Shown here in pieces: positions 29,702-43,620 of a stretch of 64,000 bases of DNA; position 1 is the first letter of the stretch; each line of letters opens with the position of its first letter. Origin of the DNA: Takakia lepidozioides. Its lineage: Eukaryota > Plantae > Bryophyta. The stretch lies in the NCBI GenBank assembly GCA_030704615.1, contig CM060733.1, forward strand, positions 11,718,001-11,782,000. The letters are read 5' to 3'. Below the pieces are notes generated by a model that ran no database searches, had not been told where the DNA came from, and saw nothing but the letters and a program-made list of their open reading frames with translations. The position numbers and the translations under genes are program-made.

Positions 29702-32700
29702 TCAACGCTTCTTCCGCTTTTGAGGTCGCCCTTCGAACGCTGCAACTGCCTCGGATGCGTTTCCCATTTCTGAGGCACGCACCCAAGATGCCTCCACAAG
29801 ATGATAGCCCTTCCATTTGACGAGATACTCCGTTTCTCGGTTCTTGAACCTCCTCGACTTAAGTATTGCCTCCACCTCGTACTCGGGTTCATTTTCATGA
29901 TCCAACAGCATAGGTGGCGGACGCAACACTTGCTGCCGATTCGGACGTGCTTCATCTTTGAAGTAAGGCTTCAAAAGGGAGACATGGAATACTGGGTGCA
30001 CCTTGCTGTTTGCTGGCAGCTCCAATTCATACACATCCTCATTCATAACCCTCCGAATGCGAAAGGGACCCGCATACGGAGGTACGAACTTCGGACTCAT
30101 TTCCGGAGGTAGTCGAAAATTCTTGATGTTCAACCAGACCTCTGTGCCTGCCTCAAACTTCACTTCCCTCCGCTTCCGATTCGCCTGCCTTTCATACCGT
30201 TTCCTAGCTTTGGCAATGTTGTACTTTGCGAGCTTCAACAAACGCTCGCGTTCTTCCAGTACCGCCGCTACTGCCGGTTCCTCAACGTCCTGGGCGGCCC
30301 AACTTGTCGGCACCAGAGGTGCTTTTCCATAGACCAACACAAAAGGGGAAACTCCCGTCGCGGAGTGTTCTGTGTTATTATAACAGAACTCTGCCGCGTC
30401 TAAGTGTTCCATCCAGTCTGATTGGTCTGCCGACACGTAATTCCGCAAGAATTGCTTCACTACGGAATTCACTCTTTCCGTTTGGCCGTCCGTCGTAGGT
30501 CGGAAAGCGGTGCTCATCTTCAGCCTCGTCCCCATCTTCTTCCAAAGTGCTCTCCAGAATTTACTCGTAAACTTTGGGTCGCGGTCCGAGACAATATCCT
30601 TCGGGACTCCATGATGCTTTAAGACGTGGGCGAAGTAAAGTCGCCCTGTCTCCTGCGCAGTAGCCGTCTCCTTGGTGGGGATGAAATGGGCCATTTTACT
30701 GAACCTATCTACCACCACCATGATTGCATCGAATCCTTTTGACAGCGGCATAGCAGTCATGAAATCCATCGAGACGCTTTCCCAAGTCCCCTCTGGAATC
30801 GGCAAGGGTTGTAACAGCCCCGCTTGCTTTTTATACTCGCTCCGGTTTTGTTGGCATGTGGTGCATGTCTTTACATACTCCTCTGCCTCCTCCCTCAGTT
30901 TGGGCCAGAAATACTCTTTCTTCAAGAGTGCCGCAGTGCGCTTGGCTCCACCGTGGCCCGCAAGCGGGCTATCATGGCATTCTCTCAAGAGACTATCCCT
31001 GATCCCTCCCTTTGGCACATAGAGACGTTTTTGCTTATACCGGAGCAGTCCGTTTTGCAAGTGGAACTGCGATTTAACCCCCATTCTCAAGTTCTGCATC
31101 ACGCACTTTGCCAGCTCATCCTTCCGGCAAGCCTTCCGGATCTTCCTTTGGAGCGCCGTCTCGCCCTTGTACACCAACAAGAGCTGCTGCTTTCTACTTA
31201 AAGCATCGGCCACCACATTGTCCCGTCCCGGTTTGTACTGGATATCCACGTCGAACACTGCCAAAGTATCTTGCCACCTAAGTTGTTTTGGGGACAACTT
31301 GGGCTGCGTGGCAAAATACTTCACCGTGACATTGTCCGTGAACACCTTCACTGGGTTGGAACCAACATAGTGGCGCCAGAGTTCAAGGCAATGTACCACC
31401 GCCTTCATCTCTTTTTCGTGCGTCGGCCACCGTCGCTCCACTTCATTCAGTTTCTTACTTTCGTAAGCCACTGGACGTCCATCTTGCATAAGTACACCCC
31501 CAATTGCGAAGTCCGATGCATCTGTATGAATCTCAAACGGACGATCGAACTCCGGGATTTTTAAGACTGGAGCTTCCGTCATCCGCTGCTTCAATTCAGC
31601 AAAAGCTTGGCCACAAAATGTGTTCCATACCCAGACTTTGGATTTACACAGAAGGTCCGACAGCGGCCCCGCGATCTTGGCGAAATTTCTCACATACTTC
31701 CGGTAATAGGAGGCGAGTCCTAGGAAGGATCGCACTCCCGGGACCGAAGTCGGAGGCTCCCAGTCCAAGATCGCCCTCACCTTTCTGTCATCCATTTTGA
31801 TCCCATCCTGTGTAATCACGTGCCCCAAGAACTCCACTTTTGTGACCCCGAATTCGCACTTTGAAGCTTTGGCATACAGCTTCCCTTCTCGCAATTTTTG
31901 GAACACCCTTTTGAGGTGCTCCAGGTGCTCCTCCTTTGTTTTCGAGTACACCAAGATGTCGTCGATGTACACGATCACAAAGTCATCCAACCACTCCTGG
32001 AAAAGGCTGTTCATCAGCGTGCTAAATGTCGCTGGTGCATTGGTGAGCCCAAAAGGCATCACCAAGAACTCATATGAACCATACCTTGTCCTGCACGCGG
32101 TCTTCTCCTCATCTCCTTCCGCCACCCGAATTTGGTGATAGCCGGAGCGCAAGTCGATCCGGCTGAAATACTTCGCTCCTGCCAACCGATCGAAGAGGTC
32201 GTCGATCCTTGGCAAAGGGTACCGGTTTTTGATAGTCACCTTATTCAGAGCCCTGTAATCGACACACATCCGCAGCGTCCCATCCTTCTTGTCTGCAAAT
32301 AGCACCGGGGCTCCGTAAGGTGACTTACTCGGCCGGATGTACCCCTTTGACATTAGATCTTTGAGCTGAGTCTTCAGCTCGACCAACTCTTTGTGGCTCA
32401 ACCGGTAGGGCGCCTTGGCAGGCGGTTCCGATCCCGGTATCACCTCAATTTTGTGGTCAACTCCTCTTCGCGGTGGCAAGCCGCTTGGTAAATCCTCTGG
32501 CATCACATCCTGGTATTTCTCCAAAATCCCCTTGATCCAATCTGGGCTCGGCTCCCCATCGCCTTCTCCTTTCACTTCTCTAATGTAAAGCAAAAACTGG
32601 GACTCGTGTGTCTCCTCCACGGCCCACTCCTTTGCTGATAGAAGGTTTATTCGCCCTCCCACGGATTTGGGCGTTTCCGACACTCGTAAAACCTCGCCAC

Positions 32701-34264
32701 CATTCCCACATGGCAGCGTGACTACTCTCTTGCGGCCATCTATGACCGCTCCGGATTTGCTCAAAAAGGTCATTCCCAAAATGAGATCCACTCCATCGAT
32801 CTCGCAGATAGTGAAGTTCTCACGTCCCTCCCAACTCCCCAGTTGAAGAGGAACATCAAACGCCAACCTTGTCGCCAACTGAGGTTCTCCTTTGGCAGAG
32901 CGCACCTCAATAGAGGCCCCCACGTCACTTGTCGGGAGTCCCAACTTTCGCGCCGCCGCCGGCGTCATGAAGGAGTGCGACGCTCCTGTGTCCACCAACA
33001 ACGACACATTAGTTCCGGATATTATCCCATCCACGAACAATAACTGACTCCCTTTTCGTAAGGCGCCAGTTTCCTGATACAACTCACAAGAAAATTTGCC
33101 TACCTTGCAAGTCCTGGCGACCACCGCTTCCACCAAGCGACTGATGGTATCTTCCGACAGCTCCGTGGTCGCCCGAGTCATGTTCAATTGCCGGGGCTTC
33201 GTGCACTTCTTGGCCATGTGCCCGGGCTCCCCGCAATTGAAACACACTCCATCAAAGGTCGCCTTCTGTCCGCCATAAGTCGCTCCACCCGCTTTTCCTT
33301 TCGAAGCACCGGGTGCCGCCTTGACGTGTGAAGGACCTCCCTTCGATTTCCACGTGCCATTTTCGCCGCGTGGCCTATCCCACTTCTTTTCCGGTCGGGA
33401 GGAGTCCCCTTCCCGCCGGGTCTTCTTGTGGTTCAGCTCCGTACGGCCTTGTCTCTCACCCCTAGGGACATCCGAGAAACATTCAGCTCTCTCAATTGCC
33501 TCGTTCAAAGTCTTGGGTGGCTTCTCCTCCAACTTCCGCCTAGCCCATGGGGCCAGTCCCGCCACAAAGTTGAAGACCATTTCTGGTTCTGCCATGTCCG
33601 CGACTTCGAGCAACAGCACATTGAAAGCCTGGACATACCCCCGAATGTCATCTGTTTGCTTCAAATTCCTCATCTTGTCCCGGGCAAGCCAGGATGCGTT
33701 GAGGGGCACAAACTGTCTCTTCATCAATTCCTTGAACTCACTCCAGTTCAAGGTTTCCGGGCTTGGGCCTCGGTCGTGAAGGCGTTTCTGCCACCATTGT
33801 TGAGCATAGCCCCTCAAATAGGTGGGAGCCACTTCCACCCGATCCTCGTCACTCAACTTGGCCGCCCGGAAGTACTGCTCTAGCTCCAGGAGCCAGGTGT
33901 TGAGTGCCTTCCGGTTTCGAACGCCCTCGAAGGTGCCGGGTTCCTTAGGCTTCACCTTAAACTTTGCCTTGGTGGAAGTGGCATTAGCCGCCTTCAACAC
34001 GTCTTTCAACGTCCCGCCAAACTGCGCCAACAACCCTTCCCAAAAGGCTGCCGGCATGGGAGGCATCTCTTGGTTTGTCGGAGCTCTCAAAGATTCCTCG
34101 GGCTCCGACTCCTCGGATTCCTCCCGCTCCTGAGCGGCCTCGTTTTCGGAAACATTAATCGCTTCCTCAAACGGCCGCCTCGGTGACACGTCGCCCCCAT
34201 CGGGCTCACCGGGATCATCATCTTTTGGGCCGTTCCGCTTTCGCTTCGGCTTGCCCGACCCCAT
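29702..34264 (-). CDS. gag-pol: Chromovirus Gag-Pol polyprotein (gag, CCHC, PR, RT, RNase H, IN, chromodomain)
   Basis: [14 protein letters not shown]; LVDTGASH; YIDD; TDAS; SMDF/SDRD/GQTER; C-terminal YEVEAIL...YLVKWKGY...SW chromodomain and RPQKRKKR basic tail. First ATG at 34264. Confidence 0.97.
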   Translation of the reverse strand: MGSGKPKRKRNGPKDDDPGEPDGGDVSPRRPFEEAINVSENEAAQEREESEESEPEESLRAPTNQEMPPMPAAFWEGLLAQFGGTLKDVLKAANATSTKAKFKVKPKEPGTFEGVRNRKALNTWLLELEQYFRAAKLSDEDRVEVAPTYLRGYAQQWWQKRLHDRGPSPETLNWSEFKELMKRQFVPLNASWLARDKMRNLKQTDDIRGYVQAFNVLLLEVADMAEPEMVFNFVAGLAPWARRKLEEKPPKTLNEAIERAECFSDVPRGERQGRTELNHKKTRREGDSSRPEKKWDRPRGENGTWKSKGGPSHVKAAPGASKGKAGGATYGGQKATFDGVCFNCGEPGHMAKKCTKPRQLNMTRATTELSEDTISRLVEAVVARTCKVGKFSCELYQETGALRKGSQLLFVDGIISGTNVSLLVDTGASHSFMTPAAARKLGLPTSDVGASIEVRSAKGEPQLATRLAFDVPLQLGSWEGRENFTICEIDGVDLILGMTFLSKSGAVIDGRKRVVTLPCGNGGEVLRVSETPKSVGGRINLLSAKEWAVEETHESQFLLYIREVKGEGDGEPSPDWIKGILEKYQDVMPEDLPSGLPPRRGVDHKIEVIPGSEPPAKAPYRLSHKELVELKTQLKDLMSKGYIRPSKSPYGAPVLFADKKDGTLRMCVDYRALNKVTIKNRYPLPRIDDLFDRLAGAKYFSRIDLRSGYHQIRVAEGDEEKTACRTRYGSYEFLVMPFGLTNAPATFSTLMNSLFQEWLDDFVIVYIDDILVYSKTKEEHLEHLKRVFQKLREGKLYAKASKCEFGVTKVEFLGHVITQDGIKMDDRKVRAILDWEPPTSVPGVRSFLGLASYYRKYVRNFAKIAGPLSDLLCKSKVWVWNTFCGQAFAELKQRMTEAPVLKIPEFDRPFEIHTDASDFAIGGVLMQDGRPVAYESKKLNEVERRWPTHEKEMKAVVHCLELWRHYVGSNPVKVFTDNVTVKYFATQPKLSPKQLRWQDTLAVFDVDIQYKPGRDNVVADALSRKQQLLLVYKGETALQRKIRKACRKDELAKCVMQNLRMGVKSQFHLQNGLLRYKQKRLYVPKGGIRDSLLRECHDSPLAGHGGAKRTAALLKKEYFWPKLREEAEEYVKTCTTCQQNRSEYKKQAGLLQPLPIPEGTWESVSMDFMTAMPLSKGFDAIMVVVDRFSKMAHFIPTKETATAQETGRLYFAHVLKHHGVPKDIVSDRDPKFTSKFWRALWKKMGTRLKMSTAFRPTTDGQTERVNSVVKQFLRNYVSADQSDWMEHLDAAEFCYNNTEHSATGVSPFVLVYGKAPLVPTSWAAQDVEEPAVAAVLEERERLLKLAKYNIAKARKRYERQANRKRREVKFEAGTEVWLNIKNFRLPPEMSPKFVPPYAGPFRIRRVMNEDVYELELPANSKVHPVFHVSLLKPYFKDEARPNRQQVLRPPPMLLDHENEPEYEVEAILKSRRFKNRETEYLVKWKGYHLVEASWVRASEMGNASEAVAAFEGRPQKRKKR

Positions 34265-34305
34265 GATGAGGCCAATCCCAAGGACGATCGCGTACTGAAC
34301 TCTAA

Positions 34306-34317
34306 GCTCTGATACCA
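34306..34317 (-). promoter_or_regulatory. Primer-binding site, tRNA-iMet
   Basis: TGGTATCAGAGC two nt inside the 5' LTR. Confidence 0.95.
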
Positions 34318-34319
34318 AG

Positions 34320-35045
34320 TGTCGCGCACCTCACTCCGGTAAGCTCCCCTTCAAGTCATAGTTACTCGCTTTGATGCGCGCGCCTGACTCCCAACCTGGC
34401 CGCCCGGGCCAACTTGGAGCTTCGGCTGCTCACCGGGACATAACGGTCCCCCCTTCGCTTCCCTCTAAACCCTCCACCTCTTTGGGACTAGGAGAATTCC
34501 CTTTGGTAGATGGCAGTCCGGAACAGCTCCCCACTCTTTGGTCGCTTTCCGGCTCGCTCGCTTACTCACTAGTTTTTGGTCACCAACGGGCTTGCACCGT
34601 TCTCGGGGTTACTACTCCCTATATATACTTCTGTAGCTGTCCGCGGGGGTTTCATAACCAGCCATGCCATTTTATGGCGAACCACCACGAAAACCCTCGA
34701 CTCCCGGTGGTGAGTCGCGGTGAGTCTTGGCCCACTCACCGCGGCCCCAATGGACCGTGATGAGTCCCAAGACTCCCCACGACTCCCACCTCGAGGTCTC
34801 CACCCCATGGTGAGTCCTATGCCACCCCCACTAAGTCCCACTAAGCTACCACCACCCCTTGTGGAGCCACCTCCACCGCAACCCGGTGTGCGGGGCTCCA
34901 CCTAGTGAGCGCCTCCGCCTCCTTGAGTGCCTTGGGCACTCAAGGGTGCTTCAGCCCCCCATACCTATCGCCGCCGCTGCCCCCACCACAGGGGCAGCCC
35001 CTCATGTGTCCCGACCCCCTGCCCTCAAGGCAAAGGGCCGCGACA
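34320..35045 (-). repeat. 5' LTR of chromovirus
   Basis: Direct repeat of 28070-28795, adjacent to the PBS. Confidence 0.97.
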
Positions 35046-36946
35046 CAGTTGGTACCTCCGCCATCACTGTCGTGGTTCCCTTGTGCAGCAAAAAAACAGA
35101 CAAATGAGACAGTGAATCTTCCCTCATCTCTAAGCCACCGCCATCGCTTTAAAGAGCCCGCATAGGCGGCGCTCATAGGAGCCATAAACACTCAAGGATT
35201 GGTAGCTCATGGTATCTGCAGCACGAGCACCATCGCTCCTCCCAAGCCGCCATCATGCGCACTCTCGCAGCGCAAAAAGGAAGACATTAGGGTTGCGCAG
35301 GGTTTTCCCTGTCTGGCCCGTCATTCATCCTTCTCAGGATGAAAAACATCCGCCAGCCTGTATGCCCGACGGACGTTGTCCGTTTCTCATTTGCGGAAGA
35401 TGAAAGACATCGTGCGTTCATCCTGTCTTGAACTCGACGGATGCAGTCTGCTTTTCATCTAGGTTAGATGAAAAACATCGGGGGTTTTTTTAATAAAAAC
35501 TTTTTTATACCTGTCTTGTCCCGTATTTAGGTCCTGTCAGATGAAGTCCTTTTTTCATCCAGGTTGGATTGAAAAAATAAAAACTGACGGGAGTTTTGCC
35601 ATCAGTATATTCCGGGTTGATGTTCGGATGAAGCAAAAAACCTCACAGGTATTAGTGAAGAAATGTTTCACTAGGGAAAAAAATGTATTTTGGATAAAAA
35701 ACATCCAAAATTCCCTGCAACCCAATTTTTCAAATTTTTCAAAATTTTCAAAGTTGGAATTCGGGACAACAATTCCATAAACCCAGTTTCCAGAGGGAGA
35801 GAGAGGGAGAGAGAGGGAGAGAGAGGGAAACAAAAAATAAATAAATAATATGGGGGGTGGAGTGACTGAGCCTGTGGTGCTCAGCAGTTGGTGGTGGTGC
35901 TCAGTCCCCCCCCCACCTTTTTCTTTCTCTTTGTTGCCCCCTCTCGAGACCTCGAGCACTTGCTGCTCTCAGCCCCCGACATGCTTGGTTTTTTTGTTTT
36001 TTGATCTGGAATGTAAAGGTTGTTTCCTAATGAGGCCAACTTGTGGGTTTGCATGACTGGTGCCAGCTTATGGGGAAAGAGAAGAAGTCCCTTGCCCCAA
36101 AGAAAGGGGCGGACAATCCGTTTGCTCTGCCGGCACATGTGACGTGCCAGGGCGTCTCACGATTAACTAGCCCCGTCAACAGCCGCAGCCGGAGGGCTCG
36201 TCTGCCCCCTGAGGCCAGTACCCCCCATCTTGTCCACATCTTGGATGCGCTAGGGGCCGGCTCAGCCAGCTCTCCTATTCGGGAGGTTGTTGCTGAGCCG
36301 GATGCTCAGTTGAGCACACCCCCCGGCCACCAAGACGGGTGAAATGTACCTTGGCAAGCACATCACTCGTTCAGGGGCACGGTATGGGCAACTTTTGGAT
36401 GTCACCCCCATAGCGACCCCTTCCTCTGCAGCAAAGGCTGCACTTGCCAAGGCCCAACGTCAGGTTCAAGGGCTTTGAAAGCCTTCATTTCTAGCCCAAT
36501 GTTGTCAATGAGGGAGGAGGAGACAAGGAGGGCCAATGAAGTGGTCGAGATAGCGAAGCGCCTCGAACAAGTCAAGCCGGGTGAGGGCTTCTAGCATTTT
36601 GGGGGGGGGGGAGGAGGAGGTATGGGCCGGTTTGGAGCGGCCTAGCCGATTAGCGACGCCGCCCCCTGAGCCTGAGTGGTCAGCAAAGGGGGTGCCGCCG
36701 CCGGCTATGCTCCACATCTGGAATCTACTTCCAGTGGCACTCCGGAAGGGGATAGCACGGGCACATCCGGCAACGGGGACTCGTGCCACATCGGGTGACA
36801 CCGGGGGCGAGTTGGACAAGCTTGCAAAGTTACAACTGTCGCACCTTGTTCCATGTTTTATCTTTCATGATTTTCGTTGTTGTTTGTTTCTTTTTTTGAA
36901 TTTGGAGGGGTTATTTGTCTAGGAGGCAGCAACATGGCTGGCCTCA

Positions 36947-38310
36947 TTGGTGCAGTCCGGTGGGGTTGCCAATGAGGGAGAGCACGTGGTGTTCATGAAG
37001 GACCCAAACACCAAAGGTAAGAAGAAGAGGCCTCGACCTCCCGAGATCCCTTTTACCATCAATGAAGGGGCTGCCGAGGAGAGAGAGAGAAGGGAGAGGG
37101 AGAAGGAGAGAGAGGAAGTAGCGGGGAAGGGGAAGGAGATGGTCGTGGGGAAGGGGAAGGAAAAAAAGAAGAAGAAGAAGAAGAAGAAGTCCCATGGAGA
37201 GGAAGAGGTGAGTGTGCATGCGGGGGAGGGCAATGGGGTAACAAAGAAGCAGGGGAAGGAGGCTACAAAGAAGCAGGGGAAGGAGGCTACAAAGAAGGGA
37301 GAGGGTGGGAAGAAGAACATGGCCTTGGCGATACAGGACGTGGAGTTGGCAAAGATCGTGGTGCCACCGGTGGAGGTGAATCGCCATGGTGACCCCTGCG
37401 GTGCGTTCTGGGAGGCTATGAAGAAGCCAGCCTTCGAACTCGCAATGAGGTGGTTCCCTTACATCGAGTGGGCTGATCAGCACTTTGGCGCGAAGAGGGC
37501 GTATGCCCGTGAGTTAGACTGCCGGTTTCTGGGCAATTGGAGTGACAAAAGGGTGATGGAGATGGTGGGGCGAAACTTGAAGGATAGGAGGTACCGTGCC
37601 AGACAGATCATTTGGAGGGCAATGGAAAAGGGGGCCATATCCAAACCACCTTATGGAATTACACAGGTTGGCAAATCCTAAATCATTTCACCTTCCATTT
37701 GTCGCATGTGCATTAATGAGGTGGATTCGATGCAACATATGTGTGTAATTCACTAATTGTTTGGGGGCGGGGGGGGGGGCCGGCATAAGTATCGTGGGAT
37801 GCACTAAGTGCGGGAGAGAATGATGCCGCAATCAAGTTCAAATTTGAGCGGGCACGCGAAGCAACAACAGTCCGCCTTGACAAGCACGAATCCACACACA
37901 AGTGGGGCGCCGGGGAATCCAAGGGTTTTATCTTGCGATTTGTAAGTCGTACTTCCCTATGGATTTTGTTATGTCTTCTTTCTGGCTCCATCATCGCGAA
38001 GAACTGACTTTAATTTGTGGCATGTGTAGCAACGCGCGTTTGAGAGGAAGCCATCTCCGGTAGAGTACAACTACGCCAAGGAGCATGGTTGACAATCCCT
38101 CATGAAGAAATGGCCAACACGGAGGGGATGAGTGCACTACAAGGCACTAGTATGGATGAGGTCGGGGGTCATGGCCAGGGATTGGATGAGAGCTCTGTGG
38201 GACTTAGGGGAACACCGTCTCATTTAGGTGCTCTGGCGAAGGGCACGGAGTCATCAGGCTCATCGGATAGCTCTGAGTCCTTTACTGAGGATGAGGATGA
38301 GGATGACTAG
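36947..38310 (+). mobile_element. CACTA (En/Spm) TnpA-like gene, spliced, probably decayed
   Basis: Lys-rich N-terminus, then GDPCG...W...LKDRRY...PPYGIT, putative exons SWDAL...THKWGAG and FERKPSPVEY...KEHG, resembling the Transposase_24/TnpA pattern. Element ends not identified. Confidence 0.55.
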
Positions 38311-38589
38311 TCCTAGTCCATGTAGGTCCCAGGGTCAGCCTACTGAACCCTTGTGAGTTTTTCAGCTCATTTCCTGTAAATATATTTCCATATTTCCATC
38401 TTCCATCTTATTCATGTGTCGCACCGTCCTCACCCTCGATTCATGCTTGCTCAATTGTGTACCTGCTAAATCAGAGAAATGGAAGCTATAAGGTCTCCCA
38501 TCCCCAAAAACAAAACCAGGCAAAAAATAAAAACCACCCCCAAATCACCCCCAAAATCAACCCCCAACCCCCCCCCACCAGGTTGGCCT

Positions 38590-39350
38590 CGCGACTGTAG
38601 GACGTCGCAATTGGTGACTTGTTTTTTGGGCGGGGGTCGCAATCCGCGACGGTCGGGCGTCGCAAATCCCATTTGCGGGCGGCAACGCCCGACACCCCCT
38701 GCGACGTGTTTTTTGGTCCGGCAGGGCGTCGCGGATCCCACCACCCTGCCTGCGCCACGTCTTTTATTTTTTTGATTAAATATAAAGCAAGCGACGCTAG
38801 AGCGTCGCGAAAACCCACGCCCGGGCGTGGCGGAGCCCGACTCCTGCGCCTGCTGTTTTTTTTTTTTGCCACGCCCAATAGTCGCTTGCAGGGACGTACT
38901 GGCGTCGCTTGGCATACCACCCGGCTTACGCCACGTGTTTTTGGGTTTTAGGATGGGACTCCCGGGCAGGTTAGAAAAAAAAGGGGATGCGACGCCGCGC
39001 CGTCGCCCCCACCAATGCCGTCGGTTGGAGGGCAGCGACGGCGAGACGTCGCTCGAAGGAGGCCCCTGCCATCGACGCGGACGGCCCGAAAAGTGACGTC
39101 TGGCAGTCGTGGGAGTTGGGGCGGGGGCTCGCGACCCCCATACGTTGCGACTGCCGAGTGACGGCCGGGCATCGCAAATTCGGAGCCTGCCCCATGCCCG
39201 AAATGGGCATTTTCCCGACGCGGTGGCGTGGCCCGGGCGTCGCAAAGGCCCCCCTTTTCCGGAGTGTGACGTGGCGGGATATGGGCTCACGCTGACGTGG
39301 TGTGAGCGTAGGCTCACACGCTCACACGCTATGCTCATGCCGTTGCGTCG
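38590..39350. repeat. GC-rich block of GCGACG/CGTCGC motifs in both orientations (likely DNA-transposon subterminal region)
   Basis: Many GCGAC/GTCGC words. Ends with CTCACGCTGACGTGGTGTGAGCGTAGGCTCACAC, similar to the TIR region of the 24851 MITE. Confidence 0.55.
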
Positions 39351-42300
39351 CTGCCAGCCTAGAAAAAGAAGGGAATAAAAGTTGTTACCACTGTCAGGTT
39401 CTAGAGTGTGCTTGCTTTGACAGGAAAAAATCTCCATCTGCCTCTGCCTCTGCCCTTTCTTTGCTGTACTTTCTGCCTGCAATCAATGAATCCATGTTGG
39501 TGGACATTGGCTTGTGAGTGACTGCATTAGCTGCCCACTCTTTTTTATAAATTTACAGCCTTTACATCCTATGGAGATACATTCTTTCTTCCTCAAAATA
39601 ACCATATCTTGCAAAATTCCTACTTGTCATTGCAGTTTATAGATGATATTGACTCCATTTCTAATTCTAATAGAGGGATTGACTACATTCTTACCCAAGT
39701 ATGGTTAGAAACTGAAAAAACATTCGAGGAAACAAGAAGTACTACCTTCTCAAAGTAAGGGAGATCTGCATGGGCTGCCCACACTTCAAGAGAGACGTCA
39801 TGGGGAGCTCTTGTTGCACGGTTGACAGCAAGCACAACAGCCTGGAATACATGTAAAGAAGGATTGGAAGTCATCACAAGACCTCCAAGACTCGTCAAAA
39901 GTTACTTCAAATTCAAAGAGAAGCCACACATACCTCCTCAGGCAGCTTGATGAAGTCTTCATCCTTTTGACTGGGTCTTTGGGCCTTCCCTCCCTCTAGC
40001 CCGTTCTGATCCAGCCACCTATACGCCCCACCAAAAATTAAGCTTTGCTGCCAAACCGATGATATTAGAGCTTGGCAAGTATGTACACAGTAGTCACCAG
40101 TAGGACCAAGTATGTTACACACATGACAATACCCTCACACATGTTGATGGATCTTGTTAACCTCGGCAACTACAGGAAAAAGGCCCGCTCACCACACCAC
40201 AAATATCTAACTTCCCTTTCCACAAGCACTACACAACAGTTTGCTTCCAACTACAAAGACCAACCTCTCATGTCTGAACAAGCAAATCCATTCCTACACC
40301 AGTATAAGAAACGTACAATGTGACCTGCATCCATGGAGACCAAACAGATACCAATCCACACAATCAGAAACAAAGGGCCAAAGCAGAGACCGAAGGCCAT
40401 TACATCCGTTTCATCCAAAGTGTTGATGAAATGTTCCCGCTGCTATGTGATTGGCCTCGTGCTCCGTGCATCCCATGACTACACTCGACAACATCACAAG
40501 CGATCCTCATAGCAACAGGATGACACCTTGTTTCCTCCCCTGCCTACAGTCCGTAGTTCACACGAGATTTCCATGTTTCTCTACGACAGTTTCATGGTCG
40601 GGCGTCAATGGCAGTTACTCAAACAGAGCTAGGCGGTGTGAAGAGAAGAACCACTTCGACATAAAACCTTCACCAAAATGACGAGGGAAAAGTGTACAAA
40701 TCAAGTAGACACATATACCAACTCAAGACACTGAACCAGCTGGGTCAGAGCGTGCAATCTTCGCAGAGATGAGACATAAGACAATATATAAGCTGGAGAA
40801 CGTTGGAGAACTTAGGCAAGCTATGAGAACTGCAAGGTATACATTGCCAGAGGAGTGGTCCACCCTCTCACTAAAAGCTGGAAAGTTATAGTGAATTCTT
40901 TGACCTATAGCTTTTTAGAAATTGCAGGGTTATGAAATTGGAGCATGCAAGAGGAGCCATGCAGAGCTGACTGTCTACGTGGCAAGGCATAATTAGCCCA
41001 TATTTGGCCCCACTTGGAGGCCCACATTTATAAATTCCACATTTGGATCTAGAATTTCTTTTTACCTAGGCTCATTATTGTAGTGCATTCCACACGCTCA
41101 CGAGTCACAGGCAGGATTTAGTGAAACATCTAATTATCAAGGAATCAATGGCTGGCATTGGCTCACATTGAATTGCCTAGTTATAGAGGTCATTTTGACC
41201 CCCCCCTCAAACACATACAAAAGACCCTAATCAAAGAAAATGTTGTTGACTTGAAATTTTCACAATAGTTGGCTAGGATACCATACCATATTTCCATGTG
41301 GGAGGCAGGAGCATGAAAAAGCAACCCGTCACTCAAATAGCTTGGTCAAAGCTCAAATTTCATACTTGGCAAAACCAAAAACAAAAACCTTCACACACTA
41401 AAACACTAAAATCCCTCTTGTCCTTGGGTGAACTTCGTCACAATTTGCTGAGTCGATGTACATGGTAGGCAAGGTGAACCTGATAAGGTTCATTTTTCGG
41501 ATGTAGGTGCCTCACTAAACTGACAAGAGGTTACTTTTTTGTGGGGTTGAAATTTTCCTAATGGCGGGCCCTTAAGGTTTAACTTTAAATTAAAAAGATT
41601 ATTTGATGCCACTGGCCATCCCCTGGTTTCTAATTACAGTTTTGATTATTTTGACGATGTTGTGTTTAATCGTAGTCTACAAAGACAAATGTACTTAATT
41701 TACTATTCATAAATAATATTAACAAAGGTAGTCTAGTAATGTAAATCATTGGTTCAATTTCAATACTTTGTGAAGCAATGTATAATACACAATTGAATAA
41801 ATAGTTGTATCATGATGTATAAAATGATACAAATATACATGATCAGGTTTGTTGTATTATTAATATTAATAATATGGTAGTTATCACTATGTCGTTTTAT
41901 TAGTTTATATCACTTCGGCGGGCCGATGGATCCTCAACCACCATTTATTGGCTCCTCTTTAGAACAGAGAGGCAAGTGTAAAAAATCCTGGACCCTGTTA
42001 TGCCTTCCTCAGGTGTCACCTCCTCTCCTTTGCTAAAAACTACTTTCATGATGTGCCGTCTCCAAGTAACTTCAGGTAACATCTCTATTATTGAACAAAT
42101 TATAAAAATATATGGATGAAATTTCAACTTTAATGTGGATGAAAGTAGATTTCTATTCACAAAGAGGAGCCATACCCAACTAACCGCTTGTTTCACCCAT
42201 CTCAATTTAAATCAATTTGAACAAATACAATAATCGATATAAAATGAGTGATAAGTAAGTTATGTGAGACAAAGTGCAATAACATCCTATTTTGGCGAGG

Positions 42301-42477
42301 CTATTTAGGAAGTCTCATAAACTTCCATCAATATCTTTTAGTACACCACATTAGAATAGATCATAGCTATAATTTTATTTAAAAGTAAAATTATATAATG
42401 TAGATTTACCATTTTCTATGGTATTTTCGTTATTTATATTTGTTAATTTTGTTAATATACTTTATAAACTATTTATA

Positions 42478-42718
42478 GAGAGAGAGAGAGAAGACTCCTG
42501 CCAAGGCTGACGTAACTAAGAGCTACTTCGCCTTGCGGGTACTGCCCCCTTTCGGGGGTGGGCCCTATACGTAATGCAGGTGTCCCCTTGCAGGTGTCCC
42601 CTGGACACCTGGGACCACGACCCTAGGGTATTTGGGGTGTCTGTGGGAGTTTAGGGAGCCAGGAGGGGGTTGGACTCTCGTTTTCGCTTGTTCATAATGA
42701 TAGTTGTGAGAGAGCGGA
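42478..42718. mobile_element. Short retroposed insertion with (GA)n end
   Basis: GC-richer 241-bp segment in AT-rich DNA, flanked by 12-bp AAACTATTTATA (42466-42477, 42719-42730). Confidence 0.7.
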
Positions 42719-43620
42719 AAACTATTTATAAGTAATATCCTATAAGGGACTTTTGATTAATTCTAAAAATTATGTGACATGGCATTCACTAGAACTTAAA
42801 CGAAATGCTCTATATGTGACAGCTGATAGTGATTGAAAGAGAATACATCTAGGAAAGTATTTATATTTTGGAAGAATATGTTCCTCACATTATTATAATA
42901 ACCTTTCACTAATAATTAATGTACAAAATATATAATTTATGACTTCAACTTCAACTATTAGATGGTTGAATGTACAAAAACTGCAGTGTGACATGCTTTT
43001 TGTTCTTGGGTTGCTTCGAATCAATGCCACCCAATTTGTGATAAAAGGTTTCTTCGAAACCAAGCATGAGTGTATAGGTCACATTGTCAAGGATATTTCA
43101 AATTTTAGTAAAGCCCTTCTCTCCCGCAATAGGTGACCTCAGGGCATAATTTTTTAGGCGCAAGGTGATTGCACGATAGTTTGGAAGTCATGTTCACGTT
43201 ACATAATCTGTGTTTAGAAGATATCACACAGATGACGAGTGTTTCAGTTTATGGCAGATTCACGAAACTCACCAAAGTCTTCTCATGCGCAGTTGAGCTC
43301 TATATTGCATGCACAGGCTAATGTCTCACAAAAATGTTTTCCATTCCCCCACGTCTTTTCAAGTGTGGGAATATGTACCTCCAACATTTGGATGTCTTCG
43401 ATCCAAGTCCTCCACCAGAGCAAAGAATGTTCAACCAAAAACCCACATCAATGTGTGCCTTTACTGATTGCTGCCAGAGAGTCGTGTGCAAGATGAAAGA
43501 ATACATTGCTACATGCAACATAAAAGGTGTGGTAATGAGCTTTAGGTGTCATTCCCACATGAGCATACAAGGGTAGGGAAGAATTAAGTGGTTAAGGAAT
43601 GAGAGCATCCTGTAGAACCT

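Larger units (their letters stand above)
28070..35045 (-). mobile_element. Intact chromovirus (Ty3/Gypsy LTR retrotransposon)
   Basis: 726-bp LTRs with TG...CA ends; 5-bp TSD CAGTT (28065-28069, 35046-35050); tRNA-iMet PBS; single uninterrupted gag-pol ORF. Confidence 0.98.

Noticed and set aside
29801-34133. Plus-strand ORFs overlapping gag-pol (also those over 9510-16813 and CFAP58 exons)
   Set aside because: Antisense shadows of real coding sequence.
38466-39482. 338-aa ORF as a real gene
   Set aside because: Arises from GC-rich repeat DNA with few stop codons; Arg/Pro/Gly-biased with no domain.
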